Part shown: positions 22,820 through 37,800 of the stretch, one piece after another | Layout of the letters: the number at the start of each line of letters is the position of its first letter | Position numbering within the stretch: the stretch's first letter is position 1 | Assembly (NCBI GenBank): GCA_038087875.1 | Contig: JAXLNO010000329.1 | Span: 62,001-126,000, forward strand | Direction of reading: 5' to 3' | DNA: 64,000 bases | Source: Malacoraja senta | Taxonomy: Eukaryota | Made by a program: the position numbers and the translations under genes | The notes under the pieces: model-generated | The model's database searches: none | What the model was told of the DNA's origin: nothing | Seen by the model: only the letters and a program-made list of their open reading frames with translations

Positions 22820-25800
22820 CTCTGACCCTTTGACTGACCCTTTCGCTGACACTTTGACTCTGACCCTTTGACTTTGACCGTTTGATTCTGACCCTTTGAC
22901 TCTGACCGTTTGCCTCTGACCATTTGACTCTGACCTTTTGACCTTTTGACTGACCCTCTAACTGACCCTTGGACTGACCCTTTGACTCTGACCCTTTGAC
23001 TGACCCTTTGACACTGACCCTTGCCCTGTGACTGACTTTGACTAGGACCTTTCACCTTTTGACTCTGACCATTTGACCCCTTGAGTCTGACCCTTTGACA
23101 CTGATCCTTTGACTTTGACCCTTTGACTCTGATCCTTTGACTGATCCTTTGACACTGATCCTTTAACTTTGACCCTTTGACTCTGACACTTTGACTGACC
23201 CTTTGACAGACCCTTTGACCCTTTGACTGACCCTTTGACTGACCATTTGACTCTGACCCTTTGACTCTGACCCATTGCCTTTTTGGCCTTTTGACTCTGA
23301 CTCTGAACCTTTGTCTCTGACCCTTGGATTCTGACATTTTTCCCCTGACTCGTTGACCCTTTGGTTCTGACCATTTGGCCCTTTGACTGACCCTTTGACT
23401 GACCCTTTGACTCTGACCCTTTGAACCTGACATTTGACTGACTCTTTGACTCTGACACTTTGACCCTTTGACTGACCCTTTGACCTTTACCCTTTGACTG
23501 TCCCTTTGACTGACCCTTTGACACCGACACTTACCCTTTGACTCTGACGCTTTGACTGACTTTGACTAGGACCCGTTCACCTTTTGACTCTGACCATTTG
23601 ACCCCTTGTGTCTGACCCTTTGACTCTGATCCTTTGACTTTGACCCTTTGACTCTGACCCTTTGATTGATCCTTTGACTGATCCTTTGACTTTGACCCTT
23701 TGACTGACCCTTTGACTGACCCTTTGACTTTGACCATTTGACTAACCCTTTGACTGACCCTTTGACTGACCCTTTGACTGACCCTTTGACTCTGACACTT
23801 TGACGCTGACCCATTGCATTTTTGGCAATTTGACTCTATGACTCTGACACTTTGTCTCTGACCCTTGGACTCTGATCTTTGAATCTGACCCCTTTTCCAT
23901 GACTCTTTGACCCTTTGGTTCTGACCATTTGACCCTTTGACTGACCCTTTGACTTACCCTTTGACTCTGACCCTTTGAACCTGATATTTGAATCTGACCC
24001 TTTGACTGACACTTTGACTGACCATTTGATTCTGACCCTTTGACTTTGACCGTTTGACCCTTAGAATCTGACCCTTTGACACTGACCCTTTCTCTGACCC
24101 TTTGACTCTGATCTTTTGACTGACCGTTTGACTCTGACCCTTTGACTCTGACCCTTTGAGTTTGACCCTTTGATTCTGACCCTTTGACTGACCATTTGAC
24201 TGACCTTTTGACCCTTTGACTGACCCTTTAACTTTGACCCTTTGACTGTCCCTTTAACTCCGACCCCTTGACTGACCCTTTGACACCGACCCTTAACCTT
24301 TGATTCTGACCCTTTGACTGTCTCTTTGACTCGGACCCTTTCACCTTTTGACTCTGACCATTTGACCCCCTGAGTCTGACCCTTTGACTGTTACTTTGAT
24401 CCTTTTACTCTGACCCTTTGACTCTGACCGTTTGCCTCTGACCATTTGACTGACCATTTGACCCTTTGACTGACTTTTTAACTTTGACCCTTCGATTCTG
24501 ACCGTTTGACTGACCGTTTGACAGTGTCTCGTTGACTGACCCTTTGACTGACTCTTTGACCCTTTGACACTGACCAGTTGACTGACCCTTGGTCTCTGAC
24601 CCTTTGACTGACCTTTGCCTCTTTGACAATTTGCCTCTTTGACCCTATGTCTCTGACCCTTTGACTCTGATATTTGACTCTGACCCTTTGACTGACCCTT
24701 TGTCTCTGGCCCCTTGACTGACCCTTTGACTCTGACCCTTTGTCTCTGACCCTTTGACTCTGACCCTTTGACTGACCCTTTGACTCAGACCCTTTGACTT
24801 TGACCCTTTGACTCTGACACTTTGACTCTGACTCTTTGACTGACTAACCCTTTGTCCCTGAACAGTTGACTCTGACCCGTTGACTCTGACCCTTTGACTC
24901 CTTGACTGTGATCCTTTAACCTTGACCCGTTGACTATGACCTTTTGAAGATTTGACTCTGTCCTTTTGACCGTTTGACTCTGTCCCTTTAACACTGACCC
25001 TTTGACTATGACCCTTTGACTCTGAAACTTTGACCCTGACCATTTGGCCCAGGCCCCTTGAATATGACCCATTGACTATGAAGCTTTGACCCTGTCTATG
25101 ACCCTGACACTGACCCTTTGACCCTGGCCCTTTGACCCAGACCCTTTGGTGGACCTTTTGACCCAAACCCTTTGACTCTGACCCTTTGATTCTGACCCTT
25201 TGACAGACACTTTGAATCTGACACTTTGACCATTTGACTCTGACCCTTTGACCCTTTGACTGACTCTTTGACTGACCCTTTGACTTTGACCCTATGACTT
25301 TGACTCTGACCTTTTGATCCTGACCCCTTTGTCTCTGACCCGTTGACTCTGACCCTTTGAACATTTGTCTCTGAAACTTTGACTGACCCCTTGAATATGA
25401 CCCTTTGACTCGGACCCTTTGACTCGGACACTTTGCCTCTTTGACCCTTTGCCTCTTTGACTGACACTTTGACTCTGACCTTTGACTCTGACAATTTGAC
25501 AGACACTTTGACTCTGACCATTTGACTCTGACCTTTTGACTCTGACCCATTGACTCTTTGCCCCTTTGACTCTGACCGTTTCACTGGCTCGTTGACTGAC
25601 CCTTTGACACTGACTCTTTGACACTTTGACACTGACCTGTTGACTGACCCTTGGAATCTGACCCTTTGACTCTGACCCTTTGCCTCTTTGACAATTTGCA
25701 TCTTTAACCCTTTGACTCTGACCCTTTGACTCTGATATTAGACTCTGACCCTTTGGCTCTGACCCTTTGACTCTGGCCCCTTGACTGTCCCTTTGACTCT

Positions 25801-28800
25801 GACCATTTGTCTCTGACCCTTTGACCCTTTGACTCTGACCCTTTGACTTTGACCCATTGACTCTGATCTTTTGACTCCGACACTTGGAACTTGAGCCTTT
25901 GACTGACAATTTGACTCTGACCCTTTGACTCCGACCTTTTGACCTTTTGACTCTGACCCTTTGGCTCTGACTCTTTGACTCTGACCATATGACCCTTTCA
26001 CCCTGAACCTTTGACGCTGACCCTTTGACTCTGACCCGTTGACACTGACCCTTTGACTGACCCTTTGACATTGACCCTTTGACTCTGAGACTTTGACCAT
26101 TTGACTCTGACCATTTGACCCTTTGACTCTGAACCTTTAACTCTGACCCTTTGACTCTGACACTTTGACCATGACCCTTTGACCCTGACCGCTTCACCCT
26201 GACCCTTTGACTCTGACCCTTTGACTCTGACCCTTTGAATCTGACACTTTGACCCTTTGATTCTGACTTTTGACCATTTGACTGACCCTTTGTCGCTGAC
26301 CCTTTAACTCTGACCCTTTGACTTTGACTGAATGACCCTTTGACCCGGAACCTTTGATTCTTACCCTTTGACTCTGGCCCTTTGACTGACACTTTGTCCC
26401 TGAACCTTTGACTCTTACCCGTTGACTCTGACCCTGTGACCCCTTGATTGTGATCCTTTAACCTTGACCCTTGTACTATGACCTTTTGACCATGTGACTC
26501 TGACCCTTTGACCGTTTGACTCTGTCCCTTTAACACTGACCCTTTGACTATGACCCTTTTACTCTGAACCTTTGACCCTGACCATTTGACCAGTCGCCTT
26601 GACTATGACCCTTTAATTATGAAGCTTTGACCCTGCCTTTTGACCCTAACGCTTTGACCCAGACCCTTTGACTCTGACCCTTTGACCCAGACCCTTTGAC
26701 TGACCCTTTGACCCTTTGATTCTGACCCTTTTATTCCGACCCTTTGACAGACCCTTTGTATCTGACACTTTGCCCTTTGACTCTGAACCTTTGACACTTT
26801 GACTCTGACTCTTTGACTCTGACCCTTTGACCCTGACCCGTTGACTGACCATTTGAACATTTGTCTCTGACCCTTTGACTCTGACCCTTTAACTATGACC
26901 CTTTGACTGACCCTTTGACTCTGACCCTTTGATCATGACCCATTGACTCGGATTATTTGCCTCTTTGACCATTTGCCTCTGACTCTTTGGCTCTGACCCT
27001 TTGACTCTGACCTTTGACTCGGAACCTTTGACTGACCCTTTGACTCTGACCATTTGACTCTGACCCTTTGACGTTGACCCATTGACTCTTTGACCCTTTG
27101 ATTGACCGTTTGATACTGGCTCGTTGACTGACCCTTTGACTCTGACTTTGACCCTTTGACACACCCTTGGACTCTGACCCTTTGACTGACCCTTGGACCC
27201 TTTGCCTCTTTGACCCTTTGATTCTGACTCTTTTACTCTGATCTTTGACTGACCCTTTGACACTGACCCTTTGACTCTGGCCCCTTGACTGACCCTTTGA
27301 CTCTGACTCTTTGACCCCTGAAACGGACCCTTTGACTCTTACCCATTGACTGACCCTTGGACTCTGACCCTTTGACTCTGACCCTTTGACTATTTGACTC
27401 CGACCTTTTGACCCTTTGACTCTGACCCTTTGAATCTGACCCTTTGTCTCTGACCTTTTGACACTGACCGCTGAATCTGACCCTTTGACTGACTCTTTGA
27501 CATTGACGCTTTGTCTCTTACCATTTGACCATTTGACTCTGACCCTTTAACTCTGACCCTTTGACACTGAACCTTTGATTCTGAACCTTTGACCCTGACC
27601 CGTTGACCCCGAACCTTTGACTCTGACCCTTTAAATCTGACCCTTTGACTCTGACCCTTTGACACTGACCCTTTGACTCTGGCCCCTTGACTGACCCTTT
27701 GACTCTGACTCTTTGACCCCTTGAAACGGACCCTTTGACTCTTACCCATTGACTGACCCTTGGACTCTGACCCTTTGACTCTGACCCTTTGACTATTTGA
27801 CTCCGACCTTTTGACCCTTTGACTCTGACCCTTTGAATCTGACCCTTTGTCTCTGACCTTTTGACACTGACCCGCTGAATCTGACCCTTTGACTGACTCT
27901 TTGACATTGACGCTTTGTCTCTTACCATTTGACCATTTGACTCTGACCCTTTAACTCTGACCCTTTGACACTGAACCTTTGATTCTGAACCTTTGACCCT
28001 GACCCGTTGACCCCGAACCTTTGACTCTGACCCTTTAAATCTGACCCTTTGACTCTGACCCTTTGATTCTGTACCTTTGATCCTGACTCATTGACATTGA
28101 CCCGATGACCCTGAACCTTTGTCTCTGACCCTTTGACCCTGACCCTTTGACTCTGACCCTTTCACCCTGACCCTTTCACTCTGACCCTTCGACTCTGACC
28201 CTTTGACCATGACCCTTTGACCTTGTCCCCTTGAACCTGACCCTTTGCTTTTGACGCTGACCCTTTGACTCTGACCCTTTGACTCTGAACCATTGACCCT
28301 GACACGTTGACCCTGACCGGTTTACGCTTTGACCGTGACCATTTAACTCTGACCCTATGACCCTGACCCTTTGACTCTGACACTTTGACCCTGACCCTTT
28401 GACCCTGACCCTTTGACCCTGACCCTTTAAATCTGACCCTTTGACTCTGACCCTTTGATTCTGTACCTTTGATCCTGACTCATTGACATTGACCCGATGA
28501 CCCTGAACCTTTGTCTCTGACCCTTTGACCCTGACCCTTTGACCCTGACCCTTTCACCCTGACCCTTTCACTCTGACCCTTCGACTCTGACCCTTTGACC
28601 ATGACCCTTTGACCTTGTCCCCTTGAACCTGACCCTTTGCTTTTGACGCTGACCCTTTGACTCTGACCCTTTGACTCTGAACCATTGACCCTGACACGTT
28701 GACCCTGACCGGTTTACGCTTTGACCGTGACCATTTAACTCTGACCCTATGACCCTGACCCTTTGACTCTGACACTTTGACCCTGACCCTTTAACTCTGA

Positions 28801-31800
28801 TCCTTTGACTCTGACCCTTTGACTGACCCTTTGACTATGACCCTGTGAATCTGATACTTTCACCCTTTGACTCTGACCCTTTGACTGACCCTTTAACTCT
28901 GGACCTTTGACCCAGACACTTTGACCCTGACCCTTTGACCTTGACCATTTGACTCTGTCCCTTTGAATCTGACCCTTTGACTCTGACCCTTTTACTCTGA
29001 CCCTGTGAATCTGACACTTTGACCCTTTTATTCTGGAACTTTGACCATTTGACTGACCCATTGTCGCTGACCCTTTAACTCTGGCCCTTTGTGTCTGACA
29101 CTTTGACCCTTTGACTGACTGACCCTTTGACCCTGAACCTTTGACGCTTATCCTTTGACTCTGGCCGTTTGTCTCTGACCCTTTGTCCCTGAACTTTTGA
29201 CTCTGACCCGTTGACTCTGTCCCTTTGACCCCATGACTGTGATCCTTTAACCTTGACCCTTTGACTGAGCTATTGACCATTTGACTCTGACCGTTTGACC
29301 GTTTGACTGTCCCTTTATCACTGACCCTTTGACTATGACCCTTTTACTCTGGACCTTTGACCCTGACCATTTGACCCAGTCCCCTTGACTATTACCCTTT
29401 CACTATGAGGCTTTGACCCTGCCCTTTGACCCTGACACTGTCCCTTTGACCATGACCCTTTGACCCAGACCCTTTGACTGACCCTTTCACCCAGACCTTT
29501 TGACTCTGACCCTTTGACCCTTTGACTGACCCTTTGACTCTGACCTTTGACTCTGACCCTTTGACTCTGACCCTTTCACCGACCCTTTGACTGACCCTTT
29601 GACCCTGACCCTTTTTCTCTGACCGTTGACTGACCGTTTGAACATTTGTCTCTGACCCTTTGACACTGACCCTTTGACTATGACCCTTTGACTCGGCCGC
29701 CTTTGCCCCTTTGACCCTTTGCCTCTTGATACTGATCCTTTGACTCTGACCCTTTGACTCTGACCTTTGACTGACCATTTGACTGAACCTTTGACTCTGA
29801 CCCATTGACTCTTTGACTCTGACCGTTTGATACTGGCTCGTTGACTGACCAATTGACTGACTCTTTGACCTTTTGACACTGAAACTTTGCCTCTTTGACC
29901 CTTTGCCTCTTTGACCCTTAGACTCTGACCCTTTGACTGACCGTTTGACTGGCCCCTTGACTGACCCTTTGACTCTGACTCTTTGACCCTTTGACGGACC
30001 TTTGACTCTGACCCATTGACTAACCCTTGGACTCTGACCCTTCGACTCTGACCCTTTGACCATTTGACTCCGACCTTTTGACCCTTTGACTCTGACCCTT
30101 TGAATGAATCTTTGACTGACCCTATGACCCTTTGACCCTGTGACCCTGAACCTTTGACTGAATCTTTGACTCTGACCCTTTGAATCTGAACCTTTGACCC
30201 TGACCCTTTCTCTGACCCGCTGAATCTGACCATTTGACAGACCCTTTGACAGTGACCCTTTGTCTCTGACCCTATGACCCTTTGACTCTGACCCTTTGAT
30301 TCTGAACCTTTGACCTGACTCGTTGAACCTGAAACTTTGACTCTGACCCTTTGACCCAGAACGTTAGACTCTAACCCTTTGACTCTGACCCTGATACTTT
30401 CACGCTAACCCTTTGACTCTGACCCTTTGTCTCTGACCCTTTGAATCTGACACTTTGACCTTTTGATTCTGACCTCTTGTCCATTTGACTGACCCTTTGT
30501 CGCTGACCCTTTGACTCTGACCCTTTGACACTGAAACTTTGACCCCGACCCGTTGACCCTGACGCGTTGACCCTTTGACCGTGACCATTTGACTCTGACC
30601 CTATGACCCTGACCCTGTGACTCCGACCCTTTGACCCTGGCACTTTGACCCTGACCCTTTGACTCTGATCTGACTCTGACCCATTGACTGACCCTTTGAC
30701 TTTGACCCTGTGAATCTGACACGTTGAACCTTTGACTCTGACCCTTCGATTCTGACCCTTTGACCATGACCCTTTGACCTTGGCCCCTTGAACCTGACCC
30801 TTTGCTTTTGACACTGTCCCTTTGACTCTGACCCTTCGACTCTGACCTTTTGACCATGACCCTTTGACCCGGACCCTTTGACCCTGACCCTTTAACTCTG
30901 ATCCTTTGACTCTGACCCTTTGACTGACCCTTTGACTCTGACCCTGTGAATCTGACACTTTCACCCTTTGACTCTGACCCTTTGACTGACCCTTTAACTC
31001 TGAACCTTTGACCCAGACACTTTGACCCTGACCCTTTGACCTTGACCATTTGACTCTGACCCTTTGAATCTGACCCTTTGACTCTGACCCTATGACCCTT
31101 TGACTCTGACCCTTTGATTCTGAACCTTTGACCTGACTCGTTGAACCTGAAACTTTGACTCTGACCCTTTGACCCTGAACGTCAGACTCTGACCCTTTGA
31201 CTCTGAACCTTTGACCCTGACCCTTTGACTCTGACCCGCTGAATCTGACCCTTTGACTGACCCTTTGACAGTGACCCTTTGTCTCTGACCCTATGACCCT
31301 TTGACTCTGACCCTTTGATTCTGAACCTTTGACCTGACTCGTTGAACCTGAAACTTTGACTCTGACCCTTTGACTCTGACCCTGATACTTTCATGCTGAC
31401 CCTTTGACTCTGACCCTTTGTCTCTGACCCTTTGAATCTGACACTTTGACCCTTTGATTCTGACCTCTTGTCCATTTGACTGACCCTTTGTCGCTGACCC
31501 TTTAACTCTGACCCTTTGACTCTGACCCTTTGACACTGAACCTTTGACCCTGACCCGTTGACCCTGACGCGTTGACCCTTTGACAGTGACCATTTGACTC
31601 TGACCCTATGACCCTGACCCTTTGACTCCGACCCTTTGACCCTGGCACTTTGACCCTGACCCTTTGACTCTGATCTGACTCTGACCCATTGACTGACCCT
31701 TAGACTTTGTCCCTGTGAATCTGACACTTTGAACCTTTGACTCTGACCCTTCGACTCTGACCCTTTGACCATGACCCTTTGACCTTGGCCCCTTGAACCT

Positions 31801-34800
31801 GACCCTTTGCTTTTGACGCTGACACTTTGACTCTGACCCTTCGACTCTGACCTTTTGACCATGACCCTTTGACCCGGACCCTTTGACCCTGACCCTTTGA
31901 CCCTGACCCTTTAACTCTGATCCTTTGACTCTGACCCTTTGACTGACCCTTTGACTCTGACCCTGTGAATCTGACACTTTCACCCTTTGACTCTGACCCT
32001 TTGACTGACCCTTTAACTCTGAACCTTGACCCAGACACTTTGACCTGACCCTTTGACTCTGACCTTTGAATCTGACCCTTTGACTCTGACCCTTTTACTC
32101 TGACCCTTTGAATCTGACACTTTGACCCTTTTATTCTGAACATTTGACCATTTGACTGACCCATTGTCACTGACCCTTTAACTCTGGCCCTTTGACTCTG
32201 ACACTTTGACTGACCCTTTGACTGACTGGCCCTATGACCCTGAACCTTTGACTCTTATCCTTTGACTCTGGCCGTTTGTCTCTGACCCTTTGTCCCTGAA
32301 CTTTTGACTCTGACCCGTTGACTCTGTCCCTTTGACCCCTTGACTGTGATCCTTTAACCTTGACCCCTTGACTGTGATCCTTTAACCTTGACCCTTTGAC
32401 TGAGCTATTGACCATTTGACTGACCCTTTGACCGTTTGACTCTGTCCCTTTATCACTGACCCTTTGACTATGACCCTTTTACTCTGATCTTTGACCCTGA
32501 CCATTTGACCCAGTCCCCTTGACTATTACCCTTTCACTATGAGGCTTTGACCCTGCCCTTTGACCCTGACACTGTCCCTTTGAATCTGACCTTTAACTCT
32601 GACCCTTTGACACTGACCCTTTGACCCTGACCATTTCACTCTGACCCTTTGACCCTTTGCCTCTTTGACCCTTAGACTCTTTGACCCTTTGAATCTGACC
32701 CTTTGACTCTGACACTTTAACTGACCCATTGCCTCTTTGACCATTTGACTCTTTGACCCTTTGACTGTCGATTTGACTCTGACCCGTTGTCTCTGACCCT
32801 TGGACTCTGACCCTTTTTCCATGACTCTTTGACCCTTTAGTTCTGACCATTTGACCCTTTGACTGAGCCTTTGACTGACCATTTGACTCTGACCATTGAA
32901 ACTGACATTTGATTCTGACTCTGAATCTGACCCTTTGACTGACACTTTGACTGACCTTTGATTTTGACCCTTTGTCTCTGACCCGTTGACACGGACACTT
33001 TGAAAATTTGACTGACCCTTTGACCCTTCGACTGACCCTTTGACCCTGACCGTTTGACCCTGACACTTTGACCCTTTGACCCTGACCCTTTGACTCTGAC
33101 CCTTTGAATCTGACACTTTGACCCTTTGATTCTGACCCTTTGACCATTTGACTGATCTTTGTCGCTGACCCTTTTAACTCGGACCCTTTGACTCTGAACC
33201 TTTGACCCTGACCCGTTAACCTGACCAGTTGACCCTTTGACGGTGACCATTTGACTCTGACCCTACGACAATGACACTTTGACCGACCTTTGACCCTGAC
33301 ACTTTGAGTCTGACACTTGACTCTGACCCATTGACTGACCCTTTGACTCTGACCCTGTGAATCTAACACTTTGACCCTTTGACTCTGACCCTTTGACTCT
33401 GAACCTTTAACTCTGACCCTTTGACCCAGGCACTTTGACCCTTACCCTTTGACCTTGACCATTTCACTCTGACCCTTTGCCTCTTTGACCCTTAGACTAT
33501 TTGACCCTTTGACTCTGACCCTTTGAACCTGACATTTGATTCTGACCCTTTGACTGACACTGACTCTGACCCTTTGACTGACCCTTTTACCCTTTGAATC
33601 TAACCTTTTGACTCTGACCCTTTGACTCTGATCCTTTGACTCTGACCATTTGACTGACACTTTGACTCTGACCCTTTGACTTTGACCCTTTGATTCTGAC
33701 CCTTTGACTCTGACCGTTTGCCTCTGACCATTTGACTCTGACCTTTTGACCCTTTGACTGACCCTTTAACTCTGATCCTTTGACTGACCCTTTGACTCTG
33801 ACTCTTTGACTGACTCTTTCACACTTTGACTGACCCTTTCACCTTGAACCTTTGAATCTGACCCTTTGACACCGACCCTTACCCTTTGATTGACACTTTG
33901 ACTCTGGCTCTTTGACTCGGACCCTTTCACCTTTTGGCTCTGACCATTTGACCCCCTGTGTCTGACGCTTTGACTCTGATCGTTTGACTTTCCCTTTGAC
34001 TCTGACCCTTTGACTGACCCTTTGACTCTGATCCTTTGACTTTGACCCTTTGACTCTGACCCTTGACTGACTCTTTGACTCTGACTGACCCTTTGACCCT
34101 GAACCTTTGACTCTGACCCTTTGACTCTGGCCCTTTGACTCTGACCCATTGTCCCTGAACTTTTGACTCTGACCCGTTGACTCTGACCCGTTGACTCTGA
34201 CCCTTTGACCCCTTTACTGTGATCCTTTTTGACCCTTTAACGCTGACCCTTTGACTATGACCCTTTTACTCTGAACCTTTGACCCTGACCATTTGGCCCA
34301 GTCCACTTGACTATGAAGCTTTGACCCTGTCTTTGACGCTGACCCTGAGCCATTGACCCTGACCATTTGAATCTGACCCTTTGACTCTGACCATTTGACT
34401 CTGACCCTTTGACTCTGACCCTTTGACTCTGACCCATTGACTCTGACCGTTTGACACTGGCTCGTTGACTGTCCCTTTGACTCTGATTCTTTGACCCTTT
34501 GACACTAACACTTTGACTCTGACCCGTTGACTGACCCTTGGACTCTGACCCTTCGACTGACCCTTTTGCCTCTTTGACCCTTTGACTCTGACCATTTGAC
34601 TGATATTTGTCTCTGACCCTTTGACTCTGGCCCTTTGACTGACCCTTTGACTCTGACCCTTTGTCTCTGACCCTTTGACTCTGACCCTTTGACTTTGACC
34701 ATTAGGCTCTGACCTTGTGACTCCGACACTTGGAACTTGAGTCTTTGACTCTGACCATTTGACTCTGACCCTTTGACCATTTGACTCCGACCTTTTGACC

Positions 34801-37800
34801 CTTTGACTCTGACCCTTTGAATCTGACCCTTTGACTCTGACTCTTTGACTCTGACCCTATGACCCTGAACCTTTGACCCTGAACCTTTGACTGACCCTTT
34901 GAATCTGAAGATTTGACCCTGACCCTTTGACTCTGACCCTATGACCCTGAACCTTTGACCCTGAACCTTTGACTGACCCTTTGAATGTGAAGATTTGACC
35001 CTGACCCTTTGACTCTGACCCTTTGACTGACCCTTTGACATTGACCCTTTGACTGTGACCCTTTGACTCTGACCATTTAACTCTGATCCTTTGACTCTGA
35101 CCCTTTGATTCTGAACCTTTGACCCTGACTCGTTGACACGGACCCGTTGACCCTGAACCTTTGACTCTGACCGTTTGACCCTGACCCTTTGACTGATCCT
35201 GACCCTTTGACTCTGACCCTTTGACCATGACCTTTTGACCCTGACCCCTTGACCCTGAACATTTGACCCTTACCTTTTGACCCTGACCCTTTGACTGTGA
35301 CACTGACTCTTTGACTGACTGACCCTTTGACCCTGAAACTTTGACTCTTACCCTTTGACTCTGGCCCTCTGACTCTGACCCTTTGTCCCTGAACATTTGA
35401 TTCTGACCTGTTGACTGACCCTTTGACCCTTGACTGTGATCCTTTAACCTTGACCCTTTGATTATGACCTTTTGACCATTTGACTCTGACCCTTTGACCG
35501 TTTGACTCTGTCCATTTAACACTGACACTTTGACTATGATCTTTTGACTCTGAACCTTAGATCATGACCATTTGACCCAGTATCCTTGACTATGACCAGA
35601 TGACAATGAAGCTTTGACCCTGCCCTTTGACCCTGATACTTTGACCCTTTGACTTAGACCCTTTGACTGACGCTTAGACTCTGACCCTTTGACCCTGGCT
35701 ATTTATCTCTGACCCGTTGACTGTGACCCTTTGAACATTTGTCTCTGACCCTTTGACTCTGACCCTTTGACTATGACCCTTTGACTCTGACCCTTTGACT
35801 CTGACCCTTTGACTATGACCCTTTGACTGGGACCCTTTGCCTCTTTGACCCTTTACCTCTTTGACACTGACCCATTGACTCTGACCCTTTGATTCTGACC
35901 CTTTGACTGACCTTTGACTCTGACCCTTTGACTGACCCATTGTCTCTGACCATTTGACTCTGACCCTTTAACTCAATGACTCTTTGACCCTTTGACTCTG
36001 ACCGTTTGATACTGGCTCGTTAACTGACCTTTTGACTCTGATTCTTTGACCCTTTGACACTGATCCTTTGACTGACCCTTTGACTGACCCTTTGACTGAC
36101 CCTTTGCCTCTTTGACCCTTTGACTCTGACCCTTTGACTGACCCTTTGACCCGGGCCCCTTGACTGAACCTTTGACTCTGACTATTTGACCCTTTGAAAC
36201 TGACCCTTTGACTGACCCTTGGACTCTGACCCTTTGACTCTGACCCTTTGACCATTTGACTCCGACCTTTTGACCCTTTAACTCTGACCCTTTGAATCTG
36301 ACCCTTTGACTGACTCTTTGACTCTGACCCTATGACCCTTTGACCCTGAAACTTTGACTGACCCTTTGACTCTGAACCTTTGAATCTGATTCTTTGACCC
36401 TGACCCTGTCATTCTGAGCCTTCGACTGTGACCCTTTAATTCTTACCCTTTGACCATGACCCTGACCCCTTGACCCTGACCATTTGCTTTTGACCCAGGC
36501 TTTGACTCTGACCCTTTGACTGACTCTTTGAATCTGACACTTTGACCCTTTGATTTTGACCCTTTGACCATTTGACTGACCCTTTGTCGCTGACCCTTTA
36601 ACTCTGATCCTTAGACTCTGACCCTTTGACTCTGAACCTTTGACCATGACCCGTTGACCCTTTGACCGCGATCATTTGACTCTGACCCTATGACCCTGAC
36701 CCTTTGACTCTGACCCTTTGACCCTGACCCTTTGACTGATCCTTTGACTCTGATCCTTTGACTGACACTTTGACTCTGACTCTGTGAATCTGACACTTTG
36801 ACCCTGTGACTCTGACCCTTTAACTTTGACCCAGTATCCTTGACTATGACCAGATGACAATGAAGCTTTGACCCTGCCCTTTGACCCTGATACTTTGACC
36901 CTTTGACTTAGACCCTTTGACTGACGCTTAGACTCTGACCCTTTGACCCTGGCTATTTATCTCTGACCCGTTGACTGTGACCCTTTGAACATTTGTCTCT
37001 GACCCTTTGACTCTGACCCTTTGACTATGACCCTTTGACTCTGACCCTTTGACTCTGACCCTTTGACTATGACCCTTTGACTGGGACCCTTTGCCTCTTT
37101 GACCCTTTACCTCTTTGACACTGACCCATTGACTCTGACCCTTTGATTCTGACCCTTTGACTGACCTTTGACTCTGACCCTTTGACTGACCCTTTGTCTC
37201 TGACCATTTGACTCTGACCCTTTAACTCAATGACTCTTTGACCCTTTGACTCTGACCGTTTGATACTGGCTCGTTAACTGACCTTTTGACTCTGATTCTT
37301 TGACCCTTTGACACTGATCCTTTGACTGACCCTTTGACTGACCCTTTGACTGACCCTTTGCCTCTTTGACCCTTTGACTCTGACCCTTTGACTGACCCTT
37401 TGACCCGGGCCCCTTGACTGAACCTTTGACTCTGACTATTTGACCCTTTGAAACTGACCCTTTGACTGACCCTTGGACTCTGACCCTTTGACTCTGACCC
37501 TTTGACCATTTGACTCCGACCTTTTGACCCTTTAACTCTGACCCTTTGAATCTGACCCTTTGACTGACTCTTTGACTCTGACCCTATGACCCTTTGACCC
37601 TGAAACTTTGACTGACCCTTTGACTCTGAACCTTTGAATCTGATTCTTTGACCCTGACCCTGTCATTCTGAGCCTTCGACTGTGACCCTTTAATTCTTAC
37701 CCTTTGACCATGACCCTGACCCCTTGACCCTGACCATTTGCTTTTGACCCAGGCTTTGACTCTGACCCTTTGACTGACTCTTTGAATCTGACACTTTGAC

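Noticed and set aside
21788..22852. Satellite-L1 fusion ORF
   Set aside because: Chance in-frame junction with a non-ATG start in the satellite; ends at a nonsense codon
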